From a virus (Duplodnaviria > Heunggongvirae > Uroviricota > Caudoviricetes), in the IMG/VR virus record IMGVR_UViG_3300042934_000563: 64,000 bases of DNA, one strand, 5' to 3'. Below the pieces are notes generated by a model that saw only the letters and a list, made by a program, of their open reading frames with translations, had not been told where the DNA came from and did no database searches. Positions 16,527 through 25,890 of this stretch are shown piece after piece (position 1 is the first letter of the stretch; the number at the start of each line of letters is the position of its first letter). A program made the translations under genes and the position numbers.

Positions 16527-18152
16527 TTACTTGTTGCGTCTATCTCCGGGCCACATGCCAGCGGCTTCGCGGTGCCGGAGAGCGCACCAGCCCTCTGTCC
16601 GTGCGCCTAGATATTTGCGTAGTTGGCGGACGCAACGGGTGAAGTCTCCTTCTGCTCCCCAACGGATTTTGACTGCGCCTTCGCCTCGGATCCAATATTT
16701 GCGGAGGCTTTCAGCGCGGCGCTGTCCGGGCTTGTCATGCACGAACGGTTCGTTGCCTGCCTTGCTGGCTGCGGTGAGTGCCGGGATGACGACGTGGGTG
16801 AGTTCGGCGGCGCGGGCCCGCTGCTGCGCTAGGTGGCGGAGTCCGGTGGAGACGTGTGCGCGGCGGACGGTGCTCTCGCGGCGGGCTGCGTCCACGTCGA
16901 TCTGTGCCAGGGCTGCGGTGAGTGAGTAGCCGGACTGGTAACCCTCGTCGCTGTAGTACCAGCGTGTTGCTTGTTCGGTGTCGCGGTGGCGCATGTTGGC
17001 GACTGCCCGGAGTGATCGGCTGTAGGCGTCGAATGCGGAGGCGGTGACGGGGGGCTTACTGTTGGGGCCCTCCTCGCTGTCCTCGGGGGTGCGCTTGGGG
17101 CGGTTCTCCGGTGGTGCCGGGGTGCCGGGTGCTGCCTGCGGTTTGACCTTCGGTTCGGGCTTCGCTTTGGGGTCTACGCGGGCTTTTTGTTTCTGGACGC
17201 TGGGGTCCTTGGTGGTCGGTTTGGTCTCTACGACCTCTGCGCCTTCGCCTACCTTGGCTTCGCCGCCGTCCTCGCTCACCAGCTGGTTAGCACTGTTGGC
17301 GTCTACCTGGGTGATGATCTGCGACTTGGTTGCGCCGGTCAGCTCCACGATGGGAGGAGGGGTGGGGGACATGAACGATTCCAGGAGGACTTTGTCCTCC
17401 TGCCACATGCCGCCGTTGCGGCGGTAGACGATGGGGCCTTCGGCGATCTTGATGAGGTCCATGATTGCGGTGGTGTCGTTGGCGTCGACGATGGCGTAGA
17501 CGTTGCCGTCCTCGGAGGAGTCCATCGGGCCGGACGCAAGTAGTGGTGTTTCCGATAGGAAACACTGCGGTTCGCCGTAGGAGAGGAGTACACCAGAGAC
17601 TGCGTCGAGGTCGAATACCAGGGCGGATGCGGTAAATGCCAGCATCTCGGAGTCCAGTCCGACGCCGTAGGTGTGTTTGTCTTCTCCGGTGAAGTCGAAT
17701 ATGGCGGGCATCCAGCCAGCGGCGGTGAGGGCTTCGCTGCGCTCCAGGTTGCCGTCGGCGATGGGGAATCGGACAACTTGCCGGATAAGGTCCTCGTTGT
17801 CGTCTTGGGTGATGCCGACGTAGGCGTAGGTGTCCGGGTCGTAGTCCAGGCGGGTGAGTTGTTCGTCGCGGGTGCGGTCCATCTCGCGCATGACGCCGTC
17901 CACGATTTTATCGGCCCACGTGTGCCCGAGGTCGCCGCCTCGGAGCTTGCGCCCTTCGGTGTCGGTGGACTCGCTGATGCGGATGACATCGTCGATGTCG
18001 ACTTTGCCGTTGGCAAGTTTGTCGGCTAGGTCGTTGTCATGGTGGGTAGCGAGGGTCTGGTCTGCCAGAGCCATACTTACCGACGCCACCACGGCGGCGG
18101 GGACGTTGTATGTCCTCGCCGCTGCGGTGGTCTCTACGATGTCAGCAGACAC
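16527..18152 (-). CDS. hypothetical head-morphogenesis protein (possible protease) with Lys/Pro-rich linker
   Basis: 541-aa ORF between the giant protein gene and the scaffold-like gene. Central KPEPKVKPQAAPGTPAPP linker. No recognisable catalytic motif. Confidence 0.4.
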   Translation of the reverse strand: MSADIVETTAAARTYNVPAAVVASVSMALADQTLATHHDNDLADKLANGKVDIDDVIRISESTDTEGRKLRGGDLGHTWADKIVDGVMREMDRTRDEQLTRLDYDPDTYAYVGITQDDNEDLIRQVVRFPIADGNLERSEALTAAGWMPAIFDFTGEDKHTYGVGLDSEMLAFTASALVFDLDAVSGVLLSYGEPQCFLSETPLLASGPMDSSEDGNVYAIVDANDTTAIMDLIKIAEGPIVYRRNGGMWQEDKVLLESFMSPTPPPIVELTGATKSQIITQVDANSANQLVSEDGGEAKVGEGAEVVETKPTTKDPSVQKQKARVDPKAKPEPKVKPQAAPGTPAPPENRPKRTPEDSEEGPNSKPPVTASAFDAYSRSLRAVANMRHRDTEQATRWYYSDEGYQSGYSLTAALAQIDVDAARRESTVRRAHVSTGLRHLAQQRARAAELTHVVIPALTAASKAGNEPFVHDKPGQRRAESLRKYWIRGEGAVKIRWGAEGDFTRCVRQLRKYLGARTEGWCALRHREAAGMWPGDRRNK

Positions 18153-18170
18153 GTTAGTTGTCTCTTTCCG

Positions 18171-21100
18171 TTATGTCAGGAAGTCCCTACCGGGGCCCAT
18201 CGTCCGCTCGCCCGTGAGGGTCTGGATAATGCGCGCTCGGAATGCTTCTTTCGTGAGCCTACCGTGAGCATCCCAGTACGCCCGTAGCTCGTCAGAGGCG
18301 TTTCTGCGTGCCGTTGCCTCGTTCTGGGTCCAGAGCATCCGGGACAGTTCGTCGGACGATGCCAGCCCTTCGCCTGTGTCGGTGTGGCGGCGGTTTCCGT
18401 CGTTGCTGTAGAAGTATCCGTTGGTGGCGTTCTCTGCCCGGATGATTTCCTCCTCCAGTTCCTGGCGGTAGGCGGCTGCCAGCATCTCCTCGAATCGGTT
18501 GCCGTCGACGCGGCGCATGGAATAGTGCTGGCGGAGGTAGGAGGCGATTTCGCGGTTGAGGATCTTTTTGCGGTCTCCTCCGAATGCCTCTACCTCGGCG
18601 TCGATGGGGTTCATGCCTTCGGCCATGAGCCGGGACATTTTGTCCAACTTGCGCTCGTCGTCGGTGGCGGTCATGGTGCGGCGGATGTTTGCCACGTCAG
18701 CCCAATTGCCTTGCGATGCGGAGTCGAGTGCCAGCATGTTCAGCGTGTCGCTGTCCAGCCCCTCGTATTCCTGGGGGATGGTGGCGGTGGTGCCGTCGCG
18801 GTTGCCGCGCTCCTCCAGGAGTGTCCGCATGTCGTCGCTGTCCATCTGGCCCTCCTGGAGGTAGCCGTCCAGGAGTGCGTTGAGGGTGTCGTTGTCGATG
18901 TCAGCCCATTCGCTTACCGGGCTGCCCCACTCGTCGACGGGGCCGGTAGGCGCGTTGGCGGGCTCGGGGCGCGGCGGTGCGATCTCGTCCTCCGGTGCTG
19001 CCTCTTCGGGCGTTGCCGGTGCTTCGGCGGTGCGTCGGTCGACGACTGCGTCCACGTCGACTCGGGTTCCGGCGTCGCGCTCGCCGCGTAGACGCTCCAG
19101 CTCTTTTTTGTTGGCTGCGAGTTCTTTGCGGTCCTGGTCGGTGGCGGTGCCGTCTTGGACTTTGGCCTCCTGGCGGTTGACTGCGCCTTCGGTGGCGCTG
19201 ATGAGCGCTGCGTAGACGCGCGGTGACATGCCCTTCTTGCCTTGTGCGGCGGTGGTGACTGTCTCCGCTGCCTTGGGGGCGGGGGTCGGGTGCGGGGCCG
19301 GGGTGGTCTCTGCGGCCTCCGGGGCGTCGGGCTGTGCTTCCACTTTGGCGCGCATGTCTGCGAGTGCTTCGGCGGTGCTGGCCTTGCGTTCGGCGGAGCG
19401 GGGGGTCACCTTCGGTTTCGCTACCTTGGTGCGCTCGGTGCTGCCTTCGGCGATGAGCTTGTTGGAGGCGACGTTCCAGCGTCGGCGGGGTCCGCCGTCG
19501 GTGGGGGAGAGGTTGACGGTGCCGTCGGCGTTGACGCTGTCGACTCGCCACGTCTGGTAGCCGCGACCGACGTGGTAGCCACGGTCGGCGTAGAGGGCGT
19601 TGCCTGAGCTGTCCTTGGCGTTTCCGAGGTCGGCCTTGGCTGCGGGGGTGGCTTCGCGCTCGGTGACGGCTGCGGGTGCCGACGGTGCGGCGGCTGCGGG
19701 TGCGTCGATGAGCTTGGAGCGGTCCACGTTCTTCCGGTTGCGGGCTTTACCGCTGGCCGGTGCTGCTCCGGGGGCCGGTGCCAGGTTGACGGTGCCGTCG
19801 GCGTTTTCGGAGGAGATAACCCACCGCTGGTAGCCGCGTCCGACGCGGAACACTGGTGCGCCGTTGTCGTCTGCGGGTACGTCGGGGGTTGCCTTCGGCG
19901 GCTCGGGTACTTCGGCTACCTCGGGGGTGCGCGCCTCGGTGCCGTTGCGCTTTGCGTCGCTCTCGGCGATCTCCAGATCGGCGATGGCTGCCACTCGGCG
20001 GATCCGTGCCAGCTCTGCCTGGTGACGTTCCTGGCGGGTGCTGCCGCGTTGCTGGCCGATTTGTGCGGTGCGCTTCGCTTCGGCGTCGGCTGCCTCGAAT
20101 CGTGCGGCGGCGTTTTCGACGCCATGTTCTGCGTCGTAGTCGGCGCGGGCCTGGCGGACGCCTTCGGCGTATTCGCGCTGGTCCTGGAGGATCTGCTCCT
20201 CTTCGGGGTATGCCTCGCGGCGTGCCTGTGCGCTGGTGTTGTAGAGGTCGTTGACGCGGTTCACCCATGCGGCGCGGCTCTCGCCCTTGGCGGGGCCATC
20301 GTTGAATGCCGTCTGGTGTGCGTCGTCTGCCGCGATGAATCGTGCGGCGGCGTTCTCTTGGTCGGCTGCCTTGTCTGCCTCGTATTCGGCGCGTGATGCC
20401 TGTGCGGCTGCCTCGTTGTCGGCGTCGGGTGCGTCGGCTTCGGCTTTGGCGTTCTCGGCTTTGATGGCGTCGCGCTTGGCTTGCGCGCGTTTCGCTGCTG
20501 CCTCGCGGTCGTCCTTGGCGCTGGCTGCTGCCTCGGCGCTGGCCTTGCGGGACTCCTCGTCGGCTTCGCGCTGGAAGGTGTCGATGAGTCCGTCGAATGC
20601 GTTCAGCTGGCGGATGGTGTTCGGGTGGTTGCGTACCTCGTCGGAGGCGTCGCCGCTGAGGTAGTCGGCCTTCGCTGCCTTCGCTGCGTCGACGCGCTGC
20701 TGTGCGGGGCGATCCGAGGTACCCATGCTGTCCAGTTTGCTGCTGGTGGCGGCTGCTGCGTGCCGCTCTGCGTCGCCCTGGAGCTTGCGCTCGTCCTCTT
20801 TCTTCGGCTTCTCGGCTGCGTCCTCGCGCGCGGCAACTACCAGCTTGTGGAGGGCGTTTGCGCGTGCGACATGCTGCGCGCGCTGGCCGGTTTCGTGTCC
20901 GCCTTCGATGTGGTCGTCGTAGGCGCTGCTGAGTGCTGCCAGGCGCTCGTCGGGCGTCTGGTCGGCGTTGGTGACGCTGCGCTCTTGGGCTTCGGCCCAT
21001 GTCTGGGCCTGCTCCTCGCGGTCTCGCGTAGTGCGTCGGGTGGACTCTTCGCTGCGGAACCGCTCCTCGCGGGCCACGCTGGTCTCGCGGGCTGCGTTGG

Positions 21101-23426
21101 GGCTGTGGCGTCCGGTCTTGTCGCGCTCTTTTGCCTGGTCTTCCAGTACCTGCAATTCGTGGGCGATGCGGCGGAGTTCGGGCTCGTTGCGGCGGCGCGC
21201 GCTGGGGAGTCCGTTCTCGAACTGGAGCTGTCGACGGCGGGCGAGGAGGTCGGTGCGCTCGGGGTTGGCTGCTTCGTCGTCCAGGCGTGCCTGGTGCGCC
21301 TTCTTGGCATCGTCCAGTGCTGCCTGGGCGTTGGCGATCTCTACGTCCAGGGTGGCGTGGTTCTGGTCGTGCTGCTCCTGGGTGAATACCCCATCGGCTA
21401 GGCGTGCGTTGACGGTGTCGCGGAGGGCGTTGCCGTATGCGAGTTTTGCCTCGGCGGCTTTGACGCGGAGTTCGGTGCGGTCGGGGAGGCGGTCCGCTTC
21501 GCTCTCTGCCTGGGCGCGGGTGACTCCGAGGACTCGGGCTTCGTGGAGGGCTGCGTCGGAGCGGGTGCGGTCCTGGTCCTTCGGGGCTTCGGCGGCGGGC
21601 TTAGGTGCTTCGGCCTTAGCTGCCTTGGCGTCGTCCTTGGCCTTTTTCTCCTCGGCTGCCTTGGCTGCCTTGGCTTCTCGCTCCTCGGCTGCCTTGACGT
21701 TCTTCTCGCGGTGCTTTTTCGCGTCCTCCGCCATGCGGTTGTTGCGGTCCCAGCGGGTGCGGCGCTTGTCGGCTTCGGCGTCGGTGATCTCGCCGTTTTC
21801 GTATGCGTTCTGGTCGCGGGTGGCGATGGCGCGGCCTACGGCGATTTTCGCTTCGATCTGGCGGAGGCGGGCTTTTTCGGCGGCGACGGACTTGTCGTCG
21901 CTGTCGTAGCTGTCTGCGTCCTTGACGGCGTCTTTGAACTTGTTCTGAGCTGTCTGGACGGCCTTCTCTTCGGCCTCCGACTGTGCGAATCGTCGGTCGG
22001 CTGCGCGGGCTGCGGCGTCGTCGTCCTTCTTCGGCTCCTCGGCCTTCGGGGCGTCCTTCTTCGGTTCGTCGGCCTTCTTCGCCTCTGCTGCCTTGGGCGG
22101 GTTTTTCTTGTCCGCCTCGCGGGATGCCTTGATCGACTCCAGGCGGGCTAGCTCTGCGCGGTCCGTGCGGAGTTTGGCGGAGTTGCGGGGGCTGTTGGCG
22201 CTGCGGTCCCGAATCATGCGGGCTTCGAGCTGGGAGATGCGTCGACGGTGTCCGTCGATCTGGAAGTCCAGCTCGCCGTCGGACATGGTGGATGTCGGGT
22301 CGGCGCGGTTCTCGTCGGGCTTGATGCCGTTTTTGATCTTCCAAGCCTTGGCGGATTTTGCGCCACGCTTGAGGGCGTCGGCTTCGATGCTGTCGCCGGG
22401 GTGGGCGCGCATTTGTGCTTCGGCGAACTCGATGAGTTCGTCTAGCTCTTCGTCGCTCTTGCTGCGGAGGGACTCGCGGTTGGTGAGTCGCTCCAGCTTC
22501 TCGCGCTGGCTCTTGCCGTCTACCGGATACTTGGCAGGTTTCTTCGCCTCAGGGGCCTTCTCTGCGGCCTTCTCGTCCTTGCTGTCGTCGTCGGGGGCGT
22601 CCTCTACGTCGTCGGACTCGTCGCGGAGGACGTTGAGCCGTCCGGTGCCGGGGATGTCGTAGGTTTCGCTCTTGCCGTCTTCGTCTTCGACCGTGATTTT
22701 GACGCCGTTGGAGGTCTTCTGTACGTCGGTGACTACGCGGGTGGTGCCGTCTTTGTGGAGGAGTTCGTCGCCGTCTTCGAGGTCGGTGGCGCGGGTGACT
22801 ACGGGCTTGGATGCTGCGTCGACTTTGGTGGATCCGACGGACTTGGTGGGTGCGTCCAGTCGGCCCTTGGATCGGTCGGCTTCCAGCTTGCCGGTGCGGG
22901 CGTTGCGGACGATGGGGGTACCGATGGGGGCTTTGTAGCGGCGGACGCCTGCCTGGGTGCGGACGCGGCGGACTTTGTCGGCTGCGGCGATGAGGGCACT
23001 CATGGTTTCATCGCTGATGAAGTTCTCTTCGACGTACACCTGGGCTCCGGCGACGATGGCCTCCATAGCCTCGTCGTAGACGCCGTCTTTGTCGGCCATT
23101 CCGAGGATGGATGCGACTACGGCCTCGGCGTCCTCCTGGGTGGCGTTTTTGGCCTGGAGGTCTTCGACGGTGTCGGCGAATGCGTCGACTGCCTTGTCGA
23201 TTGCTGCGCTTTTGCGGAGTTCGTCCTCGGAGCGGATGGGCTGCTCTCGGAAGGATCCGACCTCGGTGGAATCCCAGTCCTTCGGGATGAGGTCGGAGCG
23301 TTTGAACGCGTGCGCCATCCGTGCCACGTACCAGCGGGCTTTCGCATGATCGGCGGCGGTTGCCCATTTAATCGCGGCCTCCAGATCGGATACCGACTTG
23401 ATGACTACGACGGGCTCGCTATTCAT
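18171..23426 (-). CDS. giant highly charged coiled-coil-rich virion-associated protein (about 1750 aa)
   Basis: Single uninterrupted frame. More than 1000 aa of A/E/K/R/D-rich low-complexity sequence. Internal duplicated motif 'VGRGYQRWVISSENADGTVNLAP' / 'VGRGYQTWRVDSVNADGTVNLSP'. Follows the portal gene. The ORF-track start at 23492 would run through the 23444..23489 hairpin, so an ATG at 23426 with an AGGGA SD is proposed. Confidence 0.65.
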   Translation of the reverse strand: MNSEPVVVIKSVSDLEAAIKWATAADHAKARWYVARMAHAFKRSDLIPKDWDSTEVGSFREQPIRSEDELRKSAAIDKAVDAFADTVEDLQAKNATQEDAEAVVASILGMADKDGVYDEAMEAIVAGAQVYVEENFISDETMSALIAAADKVRRVRTQAGVRRYKAPIGTPIVRNARTGKLEADRSKGRLDAPTKSVGSTKVDAASKPVVTRATDLEDGDELLHKDGTTRVVTDVQKTSNGVKITVEDEDGKSETYDIPGTGRLNVLRDESDDVEDAPDDDSKDEKAAEKAPEAKKPAKYPVDGKSQREKLERLTNRESLRSKSDEELDELIEFAEAQMRAHPGDSIEADALKRGAKSAKAWKIKNGIKPDENRADPTSTMSDGELDFQIDGHRRRISQLEARMIRDRSANSPRNSAKLRTDRAELARLESIKASREADKKNPPKAAEAKKADEPKKDAPKAEEPKKDDDAAARAADRRFAQSEAEEKAVQTAQNKFKDAVKDADSYDSDDKSVAAEKARLRQIEAKIAVGRAIATRDQNAYENGEITDAEADKRRTRWDRNNRMAEDAKKHREKNVKAAEEREAKAAKAAEEKKAKDDAKAAKAEAPKPAAEAPKDQDRTRSDAALHEARVLGVTRAQAESEADRLPDRTELRVKAAEAKLAYGNALRDTVNARLADGVFTQEQHDQNHATLDVEIANAQAALDDAKKAHQARLDDEAANPERTDLLARRRQLQFENGLPSARRRNEPELRRIAHELQVLEDQAKERDKTGRHSPNAARETSVAREERFRSEESTRRTTRDREEQAQTWAEAQERSVTNADQTPDERLAALSSAYDDHIEGGHETGQRAQHVARANALHKLVVAAREDAAEKPKKEDERKLQGDAERHAAAATSSKLDSMGTSDRPAQQRVDAAKAAKADYLSGDASDEVRNHPNTIRQLNAFDGLIDTFQREADEESRKASAEAAASAKDDREAAAKRAQAKRDAIKAENAKAEADAPDADNEAAAQASRAEYEADKAADQENAAARFIAADDAHQTAFNDGPAKGESRAAWVNRVNDLYNTSAQARREAYPEEEQILQDQREYAEGVRQARADYDAEHGVENAAARFEAADAEAKRTAQIGQQRGSTRQERHQAELARIRRVAAIADLEIAESDAKRNGTEARTPEVAEVPEPPKATPDVPADDNGAPVFRVGRGYQRWVISSENADGTVNLAPAPGAAPASGKARNRKNVDRSKLIDAPAAAAPSAPAAVTEREATPAAKADLGNAKDSSGNALYADRGYHVGRGYQTWRVDSVNADGTVNLSPTDGGPRRRWNVASNKLIAEGSTERTKVAKPKVTPRSAERKASTAEALADMRAKVEAQPDAPEAAETTPAPHPTPAPKAAETVTTAAQGKKGMSPRVYAALISATEGAVNRQEAKVQDGTATDQDRKELAANKKELERLRGERDAGTRVDVDAVVDRRTAEAPATPEEAAPEDEIAPPRPEPANAPTGPVDEWGSPVSEWADIDNDTLNALLDGYLQEGQMDSDDMRTLLEERGNRDGTTATIPQEYEGLDSDTLNMLALDSASQGNWADVANIRRTMTATDDERKLDKMSRLMAEGMNPIDAEVEAFGGDRKKILNREIASYLRQHYSMRRVDGNRFEEMLAAAYRQELEEEIIRAENATNGYFYSNDGNRRHTDTGEGLASSDELSRMLWTQNEATARRNASDELRAYWDAHGRLTKEAFRARIIQTLTGERTMGPGRDFLT

Positions 23427-23443
23427 GGAAGTCCCTATATCTG

Positions 23444-23489
23444 CTAGTTGCGTTGTTGCCGACAGTTTGTCAGTAGACAACGCAACTAG
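23444..23489 (-). terminator. 13-bp perfect inverted repeat (CTAGTTGCGTTGT...ACAACGCAACTAG) with nested GACAgttTGTC palindrome, between the portal and giant-protein genes
   Basis: Seen directly. Likely an attenuator, terminator or RNA processing site. Confidence 0.45.
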
Positions 23490-23501
23490 CAACTAAGAAC
23501 G

Positions 23502-25571
23502 CTATGCCGTCTGAGCTGCGGTTGTCTGCATGTTGTCGATGTCGACGCGTACCGCTCTGATGGTACGGCGGTTCATTGCTCGGTGGTGTCCGTCTAGCAG
23601 ATAGTCGCGTCCGCCCTTGGTGAGGACGATGGGGGGCAGATCCTTCGCTCCGGCTCCGCTGCCGTCGGTTTCGCTGCGGTCGCGCGGCTGTGTCGGGATG
23701 AGCTTGGAGGTTTGGAACAGTTCGAGGTCGGGCTGCTGCTCGCGGACGGTCGCTTCGGCGATGAGGCGGTATTCCTCTTGGAGGGTGTTGCCGTCGTAGG
23801 GGGTGGTGTAGAGCTTGGCCCCTCCGGCGCGGATGTTGTGGACGATGCTTTCGGCTGCTGCGGTGATTGCTTCGGCGTCGGCGGCGTCTGTTTCGTCGAC
23901 CAGGAGGTCGTTGGGGTCTCCGCCTGCGGGCGGTGCTGGTGTGCCGTCCTCGTTCGCTTCGGGCTTGTTGTAGAGCAACCGGCGCGCGCTGTCGGGCATC
24001 TCGTTCTCTTCGATGCTTTGGTCGCGCTGGCGGTCGGTGACGGACTTGAGGACGTTGTTGAACAGTGCGGTGACCAGCTCCGGGGGGAGGGTCGCTTTCT
24101 GCAACATGCGGGACGCAATTTCGAGCTCGCTGGGGGCGTCGGTGTCGCCGAAGCCGTGCGCCTGCCGCCATGCGTCTGCGCTGATTGCGTATTTGTCGAA
24201 CCCTTTGTCGGCGCTGTCGGCGGGGTCGGACTTGGTGACGATTTCCGACGGGTCGTACCAGACTCCGATGACGTTGAGGTCCTCGGCGGTGAGTTCAGGG
24301 AACTTCGCCTTGAGGAGGGGGCGGAGGTAGACGGACGTGAGGGCGTCGACCAGCATGAGCACCATCGGCTCGATGTGGCTTTTGTAGAGGCTCTCGTCGA
24401 TGTTCTTGGCGTTGGTGTAGCGGACGTTCGCCATGCCGGTAACAAAGTCTTTGGGCATGTCGAGGCCCTGGAGGATGCGCTCCAGGGCGCGGTCGGCGCG
24501 CTCGGTGAGGTACTGGTCCACTTCACGGTTGAGGGTGATGTAGCGGATTTCTTTGCCCAGTGCTGGCGGTCCGGTGAGGATCGTCGGGAACACGGTGGAG
24601 GCGTTGGTCTCGTCGGTGAGGGGGCCGGTCATGTTGTCGTAGATCGTTTCGACCAGTCCGAGGTTGTTTTCCTCGGCCTGCGCTACGTCCTCTTCGACGG
24701 AGTCGCCTGCCGCTTCCAGCCCGTCGGGGATGAACAGGATTCCGGCATTCATGTTGGAGCGGGCTACGGCGCGAATCATGCGCTGGAGGGTGATGAGTTC
24801 GTCGCACGCTTCGCGGAGTCCGAGCATGGACGATTCCGGCTCACCCGAGTAGCGGGGGTGTTCGCGCCATATGCGTCCGATGAACGTGTTTTTGGGGAGG
24901 ACTTTGTCGCCTAGGACGGATCCGTTGGTGGAGGTGGGGGTTGTGGAGGCGTTGCTGCGCTGCTGGCGGAGGAGTACCTGCCCACCAGCGTCGACGATGA
25001 TCTCGTTGGAGGACTTAATCATCCACTGGTTTTTGATCTTCACCAGGTAGCACTCACCGGGTACGGCCATATTAAGGGCGTAGCTGCGGAGGAATCCACT
25101 CATGCCTCCGGGGCCGGATGCGAGGTCGGCGATGAGCCGTTCGGCGTACTGGAGTACCTCCAGGCTGAGTCCGGGGGATGCCAGCATCTCGCGCTCGCCG
25201 TCGGTGTCCTGCTCTTTTTTGGTGAGGGACTGCTGGCGGCGGCGGTAGTTGAGGGTGGAGATGGGGACGCTGTCGGGGTCCAGGTTCAGTGATGCGTAGA
25301 TGCGGACGCGGGACATGACGGCACCGAGCATTCCGAAGCCGTATTTGATTTCGCCGATGGCGTCGTAGTACGCCCAAGCATCGTTTTGCCATTCGCTGTA
25401 GACGCGGTATCGGAGTTCGGCAATCGAGTCCTCGGACTTGAGGTTGATGCGCTGCCCGGATGCGACCAGGGGGCGGATGTGCCCGTAGGGGACGGACGAC
25501 GCTGCGCCGTCCCCGAACTCCGGGAATCCGTCAGGGTCGGATAGGGCCCTGGCGTTGTTGAAAATTCCCAT
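23502..25571 (-). CDS. portal protein with a C-terminal ParB/Srx-like 'DGHHR' segment
   Basis: 689 aa, positioned after the terminase and MuF-like genes, with SD AAGGA. C-terminal 'KGGRDYLLDGHHRAMNRRTIRAVRV' resembles the ParB-like nuclease-domain motif. Confidence 0.65.
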   Translation of the reverse strand: MGIFNNARALSDPDGFPEFGDGAASSVPYGHIRPLVASGQRINLKSEDSIAELRYRVYSEWQNDAWAYYDAIGEIKYGFGMLGAVMSRVRIYASLNLDPDSVPISTLNYRRRQQSLTKKEQDTDGEREMLASPGLSLEVLQYAERLIADLASGPGGMSGFLRSYALNMAVPGECYLVKIKNQWMIKSSNEIIVDAGGQVLLRQQRSNASTTPTSTNGSVLGDKVLPKNTFIGRIWREHPRYSGEPESSMLGLREACDELITLQRMIRAVARSNMNAGILFIPDGLEAAGDSVEEDVAQAEENNLGLVETIYDNMTGPLTDETNASTVFPTILTGPPALGKEIRYITLNREVDQYLTERADRALERILQGLDMPKDFVTGMANVRYTNAKNIDESLYKSHIEPMVLMLVDALTSVYLRPLLKAKFPELTAEDLNVIGVWYDPSEIVTKSDPADSADKGFDKYAISADAWRQAHGFGDTDAPSELEIASRMLQKATLPPELVTALFNNVLKSVTDRQRDQSIEENEMPDSARRLLYNKPEANEDGTPAPPAGGDPNDLLVDETDAADAEAITAAAESIVHNIRAGGAKLYTTPYDGNTLQEEYRLIAEATVREQQPDLELFQTSKLIPTQPRDRSETDGSGAGAKDLPPIVLTKGGRDYLLDGHHRAMNRRTIRAVRVDIDNMQTTAAQTA

Positions 25572-25581
25572 CGTTGCGTCC

Positions 25582-25890
25582 TTACAAGTTGAAGTCCTCG
25601 GATGGCAGTAGCCGGTCCGTGATGATGCTTGCTTCGCTGAGCGCCAACGCGGTTGCGATGGCCTTGCCCAACAAATTGTTACCTAGCGTAAGTAAGCATA
25701 GGGCCATTACACCAGCCCACATAGAGGAGCACTTGCGGCATGTCACCAGGTAACCGAGCTTTTTCTCCTCCGGTGGGAACACTTCCCAGAACTTCTCCCG
25801 GATGTCCTCGGTGATCTTGTCTTCCACCATCAGCGAGGTCAGTCGACGCGTCGCAAGGTATGCAATTAGGGCATTGACCAGGGTTTTCAT
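25582..25890 (-). CDS. small hydrophobic hypothetical protein (lower-GC moron between the MuF-like gene and portal)
   Basis: 102-aa ORF. Local GC is visibly lower than its neighbours. C-terminal hydrophobic segment MWAGVMALCLLTLGNNLLGKAIATALAL. Confidence 0.5.
   Translation of the reverse strand: MKTLVNALIAYLATRRLTSLMVEDKITEDIREKFWEVFPPEEKKLGYLVTCRKCSSMWAGVMALCLLTLGNNLLGKAIATALALSEASIITDRLLPSEDFNL

Noticed and set aside
18384-22662. Many plus-strand ORFs (for example 18384..19091, 20481..21401, 20968..21909, 21543..22151) and alternative minus-frame ORFs (19747..21000, 21616..22344) within the giant-protein gene
   Set aside because: They are low-complexity Arg/Gly/Ala strings. A single 5.3-kb minus-strand frame with coherent protein-like composition explains the region.
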